DNA of 64,000 nt from Candidatus Altiarchaeota archaeon (GCA_043800255.1 JAZDNF010000013.1:22474-86473), one strand, 5' to 3'. Counted from the stretch's first letter, positions 40,663 through 50,808 are shown. Numbers and translations are program-made. Notes: generated by a model not told the origin, from the letters alone.

Positions 40663-41832
40663 ATGGTTGAATTGAATCCTTGGGCGTCCGCCGACATAGA
40701 AGACTATCAGAAGCTTTTGGAGGAGTTCGGCATAGAATCTTTTGAAAAGTTCAGGGCGAAATTCGGCGGTAACCGTTACATCAGGCGGGGCATAATATTC
40801 GGCCACCGGGATTTCGGGAGAATCGCGGAAGCCATGGAGAGGAGGAAGCCTTACGCTATGATGACCGGGCTGATGCCGTCTGGGAAATTCCACTTCGGCC
40901 ATAAGATGGTCGCTGACGAGATAATCTGGTTCCAGGAGAAGGGTGCTGAGATTTTCGTATGCGCCGCTGACGTGGAGTCGTGGCTGATGAGGGATGTCCC
41001 CTTCGAAGAGGCCAAGAGAATCGCAATCGAAGAGTACCTGGAGAATTACATCGCATTAGGTTTGAAACCTAAGGGAGTCACATTCTGGTTCCAGTCAGAC
41101 TACAGGAACGAATACTACCGGCTGAGGGACATGGCAGCCAAGAGGGTAACGTTCAATGAGATGAAGGCAATCTACGGCGACCTCACTCCTGGAAAAATCG
41201 TCTCCTCTCTGGCGCAGGTCGCTGACATACTGCACCCGCAGCTTAAGGAGCTCGGAGGTCTGAAACCGGTTGTAGTCCCAGTTGGAGCAGACCAGGACCC
41301 GCACATCAGGCTGACGAGGGACATAGCCTCTAGGTTGAATGCTTATAGAATGGGACCACATGGCACGGTAGTCAACAAGGAGGGTAAAAAGACTGAGATT
41401 CCTCTAAAGGATGCTGAAGTTAGACAGGATTTCCCCTGTATTCCGCCGTCTGCGACTTATCATAAGTTCATGCACGGCCTCCAGGGTGGGAAGATGAGCT
41501 CTTCAGACCCTAAGAGTTACATCGCCCTGACGGACTCTCCCGATGCTGCGAAGAAGAAGATCATGGGCTCTCAAACGGGGGGGAGGACTACTGTAGAGGA
41601 GCAGAAGAGGCTCGGCGGGGAGCCTGAGAAATGTAGGATATATGAGATGTATATGTACCATCTTGTGGAAGACGATGCTAAGCTTAGCAGAATCTACAAT
41701 GAGTGTAGGAGCGGCAGCATACTCTGCGGCGAATGCAAGACAAGATGCGCCGGCCTGATGGAAAAATTCCTCAACGAGCATCAGATTAGGAGGGAGAAGG
41801 CGAAAGCGCAGGCGAAAAATTTTCTGGGATAG
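40663..41832 (+). CDS. trpS: Tryptophanyl-tRNA synthetase (archaeal class I, with C-terminal Cys cluster)
   Basis: HIGH-like motif (PSGKFHFGH) and KMSSS motif. At 389 aa it matches archaeal TrpRS rather than TyrRS. The C-terminus has C-x(n)-C-x6-C-x2-C, as in Fe-S cluster-bearing TrpRS. Confidence 0.75.
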   Translation: MVELNPWASADIEDYQKLLEEFGIESFEKFRAKFGGNRYIRRGIIFGHRDFGRIAEAMERRKPYAMMTGLMPSGKFHFGHKMVADEIIWFQEKGAEIFVCAADVESWLMRDVPFEEAKRIAIEEYLENYIALGLKPKGVTFWFQSDYRNEYYRLRDMAAKRVTFNEMKAIYGDLTPGKIVSSLAQVADILHPQLKELGGLKPVVVPVGADQDPHIRLTRDIASRLNAYRMGPHGTVVNKEGKKTEIPLKDAEVRQDFPCIPPSATYHKFMHGLQGGKMSSSDPKSYIALTDSPDAAKKKIMGSQTGGRTTVEEQKRLGGEPEKCRIYEMYMYHLVEDDAKLSRIYNECRSGSILCGECKTRCAGLMEKFLNEHQIRREKAKAQAKNFLG

Positions 41833-41833
41833 T

Positions 41834-42604
41834 ATGAAAGTCGGCTTCTATCAGTTCAAGCCTCGGCTGCTTGGCGTAGAACATAACCTGGAGACGGTGT
41901 CAAAGGCCCTTAACAGAGTTGAATGCGACCTTATGGTATTGCCTGAACTGTTCTCCTCAGGATACGACTTCTCTGACAGGGAGGAGCTGGCAGGAGTTGC
42001 TGAGGATGTTCCAGGCGGGCCGACAACCGAGGCCCTGATAAAAATCTCCAAAGAGAACGATATGGCGATTGTCGCAGGCGTCGCGGAGCAGACTAGCAAC
42101 AGTTTCTACAATTCCGCGGTCGTGGTTGACAAAAAGTTCGTGGGAGTCTACAGGAAGGTGCACCTGTTCGGGACTGAGAAAAGGTTCTTCAAACCTGGAA
42201 GCAGGTTCAAGGTCTTCAAGGTTAGGGGCGCGAAGGTTGGTGTCATGGTATGTTTCGACTGGTTTTTCCCTGAGAGCATGAGGACTCTGGCATTGATGGG
42301 CGCGGAGATTATAGCGCATCCCGCGAACCTTGTGATGCCTTACTGTCCTGACGCGATGATAACGCGCTGCCTTGAGAACCGAGTGTATGCTGTGACAGCG
42401 GACAGGATTGGAGTGGAAGGAAAACTGAAGTTCATCGGGAAATCGCAGGTCACTGGGCCTGATGGGGGGGTAATATACAGGGCAGGCTCTGATACGACAG
42501 AGTGTAAAGTCTTCGAAATCGACCCTGAGAAGGCAAGAAACAAAAGATTAAACAAGTACAACAATATCATAAGAGACAGGAATCCGAGGGCGTATAGGTT
42601 ATGA
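41834..42604 (+). CDS. Carbon-nitrogen hydrolase (nitrilase superfamily)
   Basis: Glu (LPELF), Lys (YRKVHLF) and Cys (MVCFDWFFPE) of the E-K-C catalytic triad, each in CN-hydrolase context. Confidence 0.75.
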   Translation: MKVGFYQFKPRLLGVEHNLETVSKALNRVECDLMVLPELFSSGYDFSDREELAGVAEDVPGGPTTEALIKISKENDMAIVAGVAEQTSNSFYNSAVVVDKKFVGVYRKVHLFGTEKRFFKPGSRFKVFKVRGAKVGVMVCFDWFFPESMRTLALMGAEIIAHPANLVMPYCPDAMITRCLENRVYAVTADRIGVEGKLKFIGKSQVTGPDGGVIYRAGSDTTECKVFEIDPEKARNKRLNKYNNIIRDRNPRAYRL

Positions 42605-43878
42605 GACTGACAGTCAATCCGGTATCGAAGCTCAAAGGCATTGTGAAGGCGCCTCCGAGCAAGAGTTATACTATAAGGGCTGTCATCGCAGCGTCGCTCG
42701 CCTCAGGCTCGTCCACTATTAGAGACCCGTTGTATTCTGACGACACGAGAGCGTGCATCGAAGCCTGCAGGCTGATAGGGGCGACGATAGCTGAGGGTAA
42801 CGCCCTGATTGTGAGAGGGTGCGGTGGCAGAATAGAGAAGCCTGGGAAGACTATAGACACTATGAACTCGGGCACCAGCATAAGGCTTCTGACTGCTGTC
42901 GCAGCATTAAGCTCTGAGAGGATTACATTGACAGGCGACAGTTCGATACAGAAGAGGCCTATCGGCCCCCTGCTGGATGCTCTGAAACAGATGGGAGTCA
43001 AAACGGAATCGAAGAACGGGTTCCCGCCTGCGACAGTGCAGGGCCCGATAAGGGGGGGAACGTGCAGGATTAGGGGCGACATCAGCTCGCAGTTCATCTC
43101 AGCGTTGCTGATGGCATGCCCTCTGGCAGAGAAGGATACGGTGATAGAACTGACTTCGCCTTTGAAGTCCAGACCATACGTTGACCTGACGTTGGACATC
43201 CTGGAGAGATTCAATGTCAGAGTGGAGAATGAAGACTACCGGAGATTCATAATAGCTGGAGGCCAGGAGTACAAAGAAACAGAGTATACTGTCGAGGGGG
43301 ACTACTCTTCGGCTGCGTTCCTGCTGGCTGCGGCGGCGTTGACGGAATCTGACGTCACAGTAAATAACCTATTCAAAGCCTCAAGGCAGGCTGACAAAAA
43401 AATCGTTAATGTGTTAGATGAGATGGGAGCTGACTTGGAGGTAAAGTCTGAGAGTGTCAGGGTCAAAGGCAATGGAAAACTGCATGGCATCACCGTCGAC
43501 CTCTCAGATTCCCCTGACCTTGTGCCGATACTGGCTGCTGTGGGAGCGCTGGCTGAAGGCAGGACAGTCCTCAAAAACGTTGAGCACGCCAGGTACAAGG
43601 AGTGCGACAGGATACATGCGATGACCGTTGAGCTTAAGAAGATGGGCTCTGACATAGAGGAGAGGAAGGACGGACTCGTCATTAAAGGCAGACCGTTGAA
43701 GGCTCCCAAGGACGCATTAGACGGCTGGCATGACCACAGGATCGTGATGGCGTTGGCTGTCGCAGGCCTGAAGGCGGAGGGCGAAACAAGGATAGGGGAT
43801 GCAGAGTATGTCAGCGTGACCTTCCCCAACTTCGTAGAACTGATGCGAAAGCTGGGGGCGCATATGTCTGTCAGATAA
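42601..43878 (+). CDS. aroA: 3-Phosphoshikimate 1-carboxyvinyltransferase (EPSP synthase)
   Basis: EPSPS N-terminus (PPSKSYTIRA) and full-length architecture. Confidence 0.85.
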   Translation: MRLTVNPVSKLKGIVKAPPSKSYTIRAVIAASLASGSSTIRDPLYSDDTRACIEACRLIGATIAEGNALIVRGCGGRIEKPGKTIDTMNSGTSIRLLTAVAALSSERITLTGDSSIQKRPIGPLLDALKQMGVKTESKNGFPPATVQGPIRGGTCRIRGDISSQFISALLMACPLAEKDTVIELTSPLKSRPYVDLTLDILERFNVRVENEDYRRFIIAGGQEYKETEYTVEGDYSSAAFLLAAAALTESDVTVNNLFKASRQADKKIVNVLDEMGADLEVKSESVRVKGNGKLHGITVDLSDSPDLVPILAAVGALAEGRTVLKNVEHARYKECDRIHAMTVELKKMGSDIEERKDGLVIKGRPLKAPKDALDGWHDHRIVMALAVAGLKAEGETRIGDAEYVSVTFPNFVELMRKLGAHMSVR

Positions 43879-43883
43879 AAAAA

Positions 43884-44753
43884 ATGCTGGGCGAGCAGAC
43901 TAGGAATACTATCAGGGGGTTTCAGAGGAACGAGATTACCGAGTATCATATCTACAGGAGGCTTGCGGACTCGATCAAGGATGCCCATAACAGGGAAGTC
44001 CTCAAAAGTATTTCAGACGACGAGCTGAGGCACTATGGCATCTGGAAGAAGTATACTGGAGCGGATGTCAAGCCCAACAGGTTCCAGATTCTGAAGTATT
44101 ATCTGATTTCAAGAATACTCGGCCTCACCTTCGGCGTCAAGCTGATGGAAAAAGGCGAAGAGCAGGCGCAGGCAGTGTATGATAAAATCTCGGCCGAAGT
44201 GCCTGAGGCTAAGACGATAAAAACTGATGAGGACAAACACGAGCATGAACTCATTAGCATGCTGGACGAGGAAAAGCTCGAGTATGTCGGCTCGATGGTG
44301 TTGGGCCTGAATGATGCACTCGTCGAATTGACCGGGGCTCTGGCAGGATTCACCTTCGCATTGCAGAATCCGAAGCTGGTGGCTGTGACAGGCCTGATAA
44401 CTGGGATAGCTGCCTCCTTCTCGATGGCAGCCTCAGAGTACCTTTCGACAAAATCGGAGGGCGGCCCTAAGAACCCGCTGAAGGCGTCAGTGTACACCGG
44501 CACAGCTTATGTGATGACAGTCATCGCCCTCATACTGCCCTTCCTCCTGCTCAACAACGTATACGTCTCCCTCGGACTGACATTGTTGATAGCGATTGCA
44601 GTGATATTCTTCTTCACCTTCTACATCTCGGTTGCGAAGGACATACCGTTCAAAAGCAGGTTCCTTGAGATGGCTAGCATCAGCCTGGGAGTCGCAACAG
44701 TGACGTTCACAATAGGATACCTCATCAGAGAATTCTGGGGGATAGAGATATAA
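43884..44753 (+). CDS. Membrane-bound ferritin-like / VIT1-CCC1 family iron transporter (MbfA-like)
   Basis: N-terminal ferritin/erythrin-like domain (EYHIYRRLA...ELRHYGIW). The C-terminal VIT1 domain has 5 TM helices. Confidence 0.65.
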   Translation: MLGEQTRNTIRGFQRNEITEYHIYRRLADSIKDAHNREVLKSISDDELRHYGIWKKYTGADVKPNRFQILKYYLISRILGLTFGVKLMEKGEEQAQAVYDKISAEVPEAKTIKTDEDKHEHELISMLDEEKLEYVGSMVLGLNDALVELTGALAGFTFALQNPKLVAVTGLITGIAASFSMAASEYLSTKSEGGPKNPLKASVYTGTAYVMTVIALILPFLLLNNVYVSLGLTLLIAIAVIFFFTFYISVAKDIPFKSRFLEMASISLGVATVTFTIGYLIREFWGIEI

Positions 44754-44777
44754 AACTCTAATCAACGTTGTTTGAAT

Positions 44778-45197
44778 TTATTGAAAAAGGATAATGTAAC
44801 TGAGAACTAGAAAGAGGAATAGATTTAGTAAAGGTGTACTAAACCCTTTCTCTTCCCCTAGAGGGCGTAAGAAAAGCATTGATTTCTTTGTTTGTATCCA
44901 CTCTATCACTCTAAAACAAATAGCAAATAATGGGGGTGGCAGTATTACAACGTAATCTAAATTTCTAATTAACCCGACAACAATCAGTATTGTGGTGTAA
45001 CATAAACTTATACCTATATTTATTATATAGTTTCTCTTCGTTGTCTCAACATGCCATACTGCTATTATACCAAAAACGCTAATGTAGATGAATGCGAAAA
45101 ACCAGATAGAATCTTCGCTTAGTACATTAGTCCCGAACAGTACTGTGCCAACAATCAAAAATCCAATTAAGATAAAACCATGGACTTTTTTATCCAT
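44778..45197 (-). CDS. Membrane protein, hypothetical (A/T-rich gene)
   Basis: 139 aa with 4 TM helices. G+C is lower than in neighbouring genes. Confidence 0.4.
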   Translation of the reverse strand: MDKKVHGFILIGFLIVGTVLFGTNVLSEDSIWFFAFIYISVFGIIAVWHVETTKRNYIINIGISLCYTTILIVVGLIRNLDYVVILPPPLFAICFRVIEWIQTKKSMLFLRPLGEEKGFSTPLLNLFLFLVLSYIILFQ

Positions 45198-45254
45198 TTC
45201 TCGATCCCCCTATTTACCTATTTGTAAATCTGGTGAAAATTATGTGAAGTTGGG

Positions 45255-45605
45255 TCAGTTTTTTATCCTGTTCTTTCCGTCGACGAGGATTACTTTGGGT
45301 TTGTGTTTTTTGGCTTCGGATTCGTTGAGGATGCAGAAGGATAGTATTAGCACCCTGTCGCCGACCTTGTTGAGGAGGGCTGCGGCGCCGTTGGCTCCTA
45401 TGATGCCTGAGCCTCGTTTGCCTTCTATGGCGTAGGTGGTGAACCTTTTGCCGCTTTCCATGTTTCCTACGAGGACCTTCTCATACGGGAGTATCCCGGC
45501 AGCTTCCAGTAGGTCGGCGTCGACTGTTATGCTGCCGGAGTAATCGATGTTGCATTCCGTGATTCTGGCGCCGTGTATCTTCCCCTTGAGCATCTCCACA
45601 ATCAT
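45255..45605 (-). CDS. panD: Aspartate 1-decarboxylase, pyruvoyl-dependent (bacterial PanD type)
   Basis: Alignable over its length with E. coli PanD (K9, H11, Y22, a G24-S25 self-cleavage site, GKRFTTYAI, NGAAA). Confidence 0.8.
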   Translation of the reverse strand: MIVEMLKGKIHGARITECNIDYSGSITVDADLLEAAGILPYEKVLVGNMESGKRFTTYAIEGKRGSGIIGANGAAALLNKVGDRVLILSFCILNESEAKKHKPKVILVDGKNRIKN

Positions 45606-46510
45606 ATTCCAACCTCCTCTATGGATTTTTTCAGAACTCCTGCAGAATGCTCCAGCTTCATCTTCTCGTCGTCAGTCAGGTTATAGTCTGCCTGGGCGAT
45701 CCCATCACCGCCTGCGGTCACCGGGACGCTGATGCAGACTCCATACTCTTTCTGGAAGGTCGAAAGCGGGAGCGTCTTCTTCTGATTCTTGATTATGCAC
45801 TCCGCAACTTCCGCAACCGCCAGAGTAGGCGCATAGAATGTGGCGCCCTTCTTCTTTATCACTTCCATTGCAGAATCCTTAACCTTCTTAAAAGCCTCCT
45901 CCAGTTTTGCGTCTGTCACGCCCTTCGCCTCAGACAGTCTCCTGCCGCCGTACCTGGCCAGACTGTAGGCTGGGAACATGCTGTCCCCGTGCTCGCCCAG
46001 CACGAACGCAGTTAGTTTTTCAGGCTTCAGATTGAAGTTAATGCACAGTTCCGACTTCAGGCGCATGGTGTCCAGCATCGTGCCGAGGCCGAAGACTTTC
46101 CCCTCATCCAAGCCAGCTCGCTTATACGCTAGATACGTCATAACATCAACCGGATTTGAAACTATCAGCAGCATATGATCCTTATTGTGTTTGCCGATTC
46201 CTGCCAGCACAGCCTCCATGATTTTTTTGTTGTTCTTCGCCAGATCCAGTCTCGTCTCACCCGGTTTTCTGGGAATGCCTGCGGTCACTATTACCAGGTC
46301 AGAGCCGTCTGTGATACTGTAGTCATCAGAGCCTGCTATCTCAGTCCTCCCAAGAGAAGAGATACAGTGCCTAAGGTCTATGGCTTCGCCCTCAGCCTTC
46401 TCCCTGAAAACGTCGACCAAAGCTAACTCATCGCATAATCTCCTCTCCATGAGATGATACGCTGTGAGCGAACCCAATCTGCCAGCCCCAACCACGCTTA
46501 TCTTAGACAT
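45602..46510 (-). CDS. mdh: Malate/L-lactate dehydrogenase (LDH/MDH family)
   Basis: Rossmann N-terminus (ISVVGAGRLG) and catalytic region (TMLDTMRL, His in LGEHGDS). Confidence 0.8.
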   Translation of the reverse strand: MSKISVVGAGRLGSLTAYHLMERRLCDELALVDVFREKAEGEAIDLRHCISSLGRTEIAGSDDYSITDGSDLVIVTAGIPRKPGETRLDLAKNNKKIMEAVLAGIGKHNKDHMLLIVSNPVDVMTYLAYKRAGLDEGKVFGLGTMLDTMRLKSELCINFNLKPEKLTAFVLGEHGDSMFPAYSLARYGGRRLSEAKGVTDAKLEEAFKKVKDSAMEVIKKKGATFYAPTLAVAEVAECIIKNQKKTLPLSTFQKEYGVCISVPVTAGGDGIAQADYNLTDDEKMKLEHSAGVLKKSIEEVGI

Positions 46511-46549
46511 AAAGGGTTATAATTCTGGCAGACTGTTAATAAATAAAGC

Positions 46550-47803
46550 ATGGAAGTGAAGCTCGGTTATGGTAAAAAGGGCGTTGAACTCTTGATACCT
46601 GACGGGAACCTGGAGCTGGTCAGGCCGAAAGAGGAGATGGGAAGGCCGGCAGCTTATCTGGATGAAGTGCTTGACGGGGGCGACATTCAGAAAATCGTCA
46701 AAGGCAGGAGCGTGTGCATTCTCCCAGAGGACTGCACGAGGGATCTGCCCCATGAGGAGATTGCAGGGTACATTTGCAACAGGATGGAAGGCTCAGGCAA
46801 GGTTACAGTAATCTTGGCCACAGGAACCCACAGTCCCTCAGATGATGGCAACCGGAGGATAGCAGGATACTACAAGAATCTTCTGAGGGGGATTAAATCC
46901 GAGGTTCTCGTCCACGACTGTTTCAATTCCAAATTCCGCGGTATTGGAAGGACAACGCATGGCACGGAAGTCCTCGCTAACGAGAAGGTGTTAGGCCATG
47001 ACGTCTACCTCACATTCTCTGCTATGAAACCGCACTATTTCGCAGGCTACTCCAACGCTTACAAGAATCTTGTGCCAGGAGTGTGCGCTTACCAGACGGT
47101 TGAAGAGAACCATTCTCTGACTATGGATGACAGGTCAACATACGGCATGCACCCGTTGAATCCAAATCCTGAGAGGAGGGACAACCCGCTGGCAGAGGAC
47201 ATCCTCGAAGGGTGCAACATGATTCTAGAGGGTAAGCCGGCGTACTCGCTATCGTTCATCTGCTCCAACAGGAGCATATTCTGGGCTGAATTTGGGAGGA
47301 TATACGAGGCCACCAGCAGAGGGATTGCGGAGGTTGATAGGAGGTCTGCTGTCAGAATCAAGCCTGCCGACTATGTCATCGTCTCACCTGGCGGTTCACC
47401 CAACGACGAGAGCCTCTATATAGCACAACGCGCTCTGGAGCTCACGAAGAAGGCCTACTCTGACGGCGCGGAGCTGCTCTTCCTGGCTGAATGCAAAAAG
47501 GGCATGGCACACAACAGGAAGGCTGAGGAGAACTTCCACCTCCCGCTGAAGGGAGACTTGGAGGAGATACTCTCGATGAGGGAAGAATACAGGCTGTACT
47601 CCCATAAGCCTTACAGGTTCGCTCAGCTTCTGAAAAGATTGGAAGCATTCCACATGCACAGCAGCCTTGACGACAGGACTGTTGAGGGCATACACCTCAA
47701 GCCTGCTGGAGACCCTCAAACGGTTGTAGACTCATGGCTGGAGGAAAATCCAAGAGCCAGGATACTAGTATTCGACAAGGCGAACAGCCTGGCAGTTTAC
47801 TGA
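46550..47803 (+). CDS. larA: LarA-family (nickel-pincer lactate racemase-like, DUF2088) protein
   Basis: 417 aa with LarA N-domain features (ATGTH, HxxAG). It is divergent to mdh. Confidence 0.6.
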   Translation: MEVKLGYGKKGVELLIPDGNLELVRPKEEMGRPAAYLDEVLDGGDIQKIVKGRSVCILPEDCTRDLPHEEIAGYICNRMEGSGKVTVILATGTHSPSDDGNRRIAGYYKNLLRGIKSEVLVHDCFNSKFRGIGRTTHGTEVLANEKVLGHDVYLTFSAMKPHYFAGYSNAYKNLVPGVCAYQTVEENHSLTMDDRSTYGMHPLNPNPERRDNPLAEDILEGCNMILEGKPAYSLSFICSNRSIFWAEFGRIYEATSRGIAEVDRRSAVRIKPADYVIVSPGGSPNDESLYIAQRALELTKKAYSDGAELLFLAECKKGMAHNRKAEENFHLPLKGDLEEILSMREEYRLYSHKPYRFAQLLKRLEAFHMHSSLDDRTVEGIHLKPAGDPQTVVDSWLEENPRARILVFDKANSLAVY

Positions 47804-47833
47804 TTTTAACGCTGCTTTCTTATAGTTTACGGT

Positions 47834-48925
47834 ATGAACACGATTGGGAGAATGTTCAGGCTGACGACGTGGGGAGAATCCCACGGAACGTCCGTAGGAG
47901 CTGTCGTTGACGGATGCCCCTCAGGCTTAGCGCTGGCTCTGGAGGACATCCAGATGGAGCTGGACAGGCGGAGGCCGGGGCAGAGCAGCCTGACCACTTC
48001 ACGAACTGAGGAGGATATTGTGGAGATACATTCGGGGCTATTTGAGGGTAAGACCCTCGGAACTCCGATCATGATGATAGTTCACAACAGGGACGCTGAC
48101 TCCAGCAAGTACATACCCTTGAAGGACACTCCACGGCCGGGACATGCTGACCTCACATGGAGGGAAAAGTTCGGCCACGTCGACTGGCGCGGCGGTGGCA
48201 GGTCATCAGCCAGGGAGACTGTCGGGAGGGTCGCAGGCGGAGCTGTTGCAAAGAAGCTGCTGAAGACCAAGGACATCGAGGTTATAGCGTTCACCAGGCA
48301 GATAGGTTCGATAGTGTCAGAAGAGGATGCTGACCTCAAATTGAAGGGATTGCGAGAGCTCGTTGACTCCAACCCTGTGCGGGCGTTGGACATCGAGAAG
48401 GCGAAGGAGATGGAAGAGCTCATAGAGATCGCCAAAAAACAGAAGGACAGCGTCGGAGGCGTCATAGAGGTTCACGCCGTGAACGTCCCCACAGGCCTCG
48501 GAGAGCCTGTCTTCGGGAAGCTGACATCAGACCTCGCTGGGGCGTTGGCAAGCATCCCGGCGGTGAAGGGCGTAGAATTCGGCGCAGGTTTCAAATTGGC
48601 TGAGATGCGAGGCTCGGAAGCAAACGACGAGTTCACAATCGAGGGTAACAGAGTTAGGACGAAAACTAACAACTCTGGAGGAATCCAAGGTGGGATAAGC
48701 AACGGGATGCCCATAATCATGAGAGTTGCTGTGAAGCCTACCTCATCCATGGGGAAGGAGCAGTCCACAGTCAACCTTCAATCGAAGAGGAAGGCGAAGA
48801 TTAGTGTGGAGGGCAGGCATGACCCCTGCATCGTGCCAAGGGCAGTCCCAATTGTGGAGGCGATGGTCAGCTTGATAATAGCTGACCACTGCCTCATCGC
48901 TGGTTTAATCCCCAGGAGGCTCTAG
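47834..48925 (+). CDS. aroC: Chorismate synthase
   Basis: Chorismate synthase signatures (GESHG, RPGHAD, GGGRSSARET). Confidence 0.85.
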   Translation: MNTIGRMFRLTTWGESHGTSVGAVVDGCPSGLALALEDIQMELDRRRPGQSSLTTSRTEEDIVEIHSGLFEGKTLGTPIMMIVHNRDADSSKYIPLKDTPRPGHADLTWREKFGHVDWRGGGRSSARETVGRVAGGAVAKKLLKTKDIEVIAFTRQIGSIVSEEDADLKLKGLRELVDSNPVRALDIEKAKEMEELIEIAKKQKDSVGGVIEVHAVNVPTGLGEPVFGKLTSDLAGALASIPAVKGVEFGAGFKLAEMRGSEANDEFTIEGNRVRTKTNNSGGIQGGISNGMPIIMRVAVKPTSSMGKEQSTVNLQSKRKAKISVEGRHDPCIVPRAVPIVEAMVSLIIADHCLIAGLIPRRL

Positions 48926-48929
48926 AAGA

Positions 48930-50279
48930 CTAGAGCTTCTCCAGGTATTTTGTGATCTCCCAGTCTGAGACGTTTGTCCTGTACTCGTCCCACTCCATCC
49001 TCTTGGCTGTGAGATAGTTCTCGAAGGTGTGCTCTCCGAGAGCTTCGCGCACCAGCTTGCTCTTCCTCATCTCGTCAAGAGCCTCGCCGAGAGATGCTGG
49101 CAAAGTTTTTATGTACATCTCGTCAAGCTTCTTGTTGTCGAACTCGTACACGTCCTCCTCCACAGGGTTCGGAGGCTTCAGCTTCCTCTTTATCCCATCC
49201 AATCCTGCGTGCAGCATAACAGCGAACGCCAAGTAGGGATTGCAGCTCGGGTCAGGACACCTTAGCTCAGCCCTCGTTGACTGCTCCCTGCCGGGACTGT
49301 ACCTTGGTATCCTAATCAAGGCTGACCTGTTGATCTTGCCCCAGCATATGTAGACCGGAGCCTCGTATCCTGGGACAAGCCTCTTGTATGAGTTCACCGT
49401 CGGGGCCAGCACTGCTGACATCGCCCTGACGTGCTCAAGCTGGCCTGCTATGAAACCGTATGCCGTCTTCGACAGGTGGTAGGGATCCTTACCATCGAAG
49501 AACGCTGTCTTCCCCGTTTTCGTGTCGAACAGGCTCTGGTGCACGTGCATGCCGCTCCCGTTTATGCCATATATCGGCTTCGGCATGAAAGTCCCGTAGA
49601 GGTCGTGCAACTGCGCGATGCTCTTGACGGTGTGCTTCAATGTTATCGAGTTGTCAGCGCTGCTCAATGCATCAGAGAACCTGACGTCTATCTCATGCTG
49701 ACCTGGGGCCACCTCATGGTGGCTCATCTCCACGTGCATGCCGAAACTCTCGAGCGCGAATACTATTCCCCGCCTAACGTCTGATGCCATGTCCCTCGCA
49801 GAGTAGTCGAAATATCCCCCAACATCGTGGGGCACTGGGCTGATTTTGCCGTTGTCTGTCTTGAAGAGGAAGAACTCCAACTCAGGGCCGGTATTAAACT
49901 GGTATCCCATCTTCTCAGCCTTCTCAATCGCCCTTTTGAGTATGTATCTCGGATCGCCTTCGAACGGTTTTCCGTCAGGCCTGTAGACGTCTGCAAAAAA
50001 CCTTGCAACTTTCTTCTCCTGCGGCTCCCATGGGAGTATCGCATACGTCGCAGGGTCTGGTTTGAGTATCATGTCAGACTCGTGTATCCTTGCGAACCCC
50101 TCTATCGAGGAGCCGTCAAACCACGTTCCATCGTCCAAGCTTGTCTCAAGATGCTCCACAGTTATGGTGACGCTCTTTATCGCACCCTGTATGTCAGTAA
50201 ACTGCAGGTTGGCGAATTTCACGTCATCCTCCTTCACCTTCTCCAAAACCTTTCCCTTCAATTCATCCAATCTAGTCAT
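48930..50279 (-). CDS. glnA: Glutamine synthetase type I
   Basis: GS beta-grasp and catalytic domains (FDGSS, NGSGMHVHQS, ATP-site motifs). 449 aa. Confidence 0.9.
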   Translation of the reverse strand: MTRLDELKGKVLEKVKEDDVKFANLQFTDIQGAIKSVTITVEHLETSLDDGTWFDGSSIEGFARIHESDMILKPDPATYAILPWEPQEKKVARFFADVYRPDGKPFEGDPRYILKRAIEKAEKMGYQFNTGPELEFFLFKTDNGKISPVPHDVGGYFDYSARDMASDVRRGIVFALESFGMHVEMSHHEVAPGQHEIDVRFSDALSSADNSITLKHTVKSIAQLHDLYGTFMPKPIYGINGSGMHVHQSLFDTKTGKTAFFDGKDPYHLSKTAYGFIAGQLEHVRAMSAVLAPTVNSYKRLVPGYEAPVYICWGKINRSALIRIPRYSPGREQSTRAELRCPDPSCNPYLAFAVMLHAGLDGIKRKLKPPNPVEEDVYEFDNKKLDEMYIKTLPASLGEALDEMRKSKLVREALGEHTFENYLTAKRMEWDEYRTNVSDWEITKYLEKL

Positions 50280-50436
50280 TCATATCACCAAAGTTCATAC
50301 ATATTTTAATTAGTACTTAAAAACTTGTTGAAAAGTTCACTTTTCTCCCTCTTTTTTGCCCTCTTTTCCATTTTTTTCCTTGTTTTTTCAGGCCACGCCT
50401 GAGGCCAAACCCGCAATATCTCGTTCATTCTCGAAT

Positions 50437-50808
50437 TCACCTCCTACCTGATGCAAATTTGCTGTATCCTCCAACAGCATCCGCTCCCTTCTCGCCGGTC
50501 CTAATTCTGATGCACTCCTCAAGCGGCAGGATGAAAATCTTGCCGTCGCCGATGTCGCCAGTCTTCGCGCCCTTCATTATAGCCTTTACCGTCGGTTCAA
50601 CGAAGTCGTCGTTTACCGCAAGCTCTATCCTGATCTTCGGGAGCAGGTTGACCTCATACTTGGTCCCCCTGAGGATTTCCGTGAAGCCGCCCTGCTCTCC
50701 GCAGCCCCTCGACCGGCTTACTGACATCCTGAAAACCTCTGCCTTGTAGAGTTCCCTCTTGACTTCCTTGAAACGTTCTGGTTTGACGTACGCTATTATA
50801 AATTTCAT
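50437..50808 (-). CDS. glnK: Nitrogen regulatory protein P-II (GlnK)
   Basis: P-II fold with a T-loop (RSRGCGEQGG) and B-loop (TGDIGDGKIF). It is immediately downstream of amt. Confidence 0.85.
   Translation of the reverse strand: MKFIIAYVKPERFKEVKRELYKAEVFRMSVSRSRGCGEQGGFTEILRGTKYEVNLLPKIRIELAVNDDFVEPTVKAIMKGAKTGDIGDGKIFILPLEECIRIRTGEKGADAVGGYSKFASGRR

Noticed and set aside
50280-50436. Search for an NrpR-type GGAA-N6-TTCC nitrogen operator upstream of glnA and amt
   Set aside because: No such inverted repeat is visible in either upstream region. Only A/T-rich tracts and a non-palindromic GGAACGGAAG occur.
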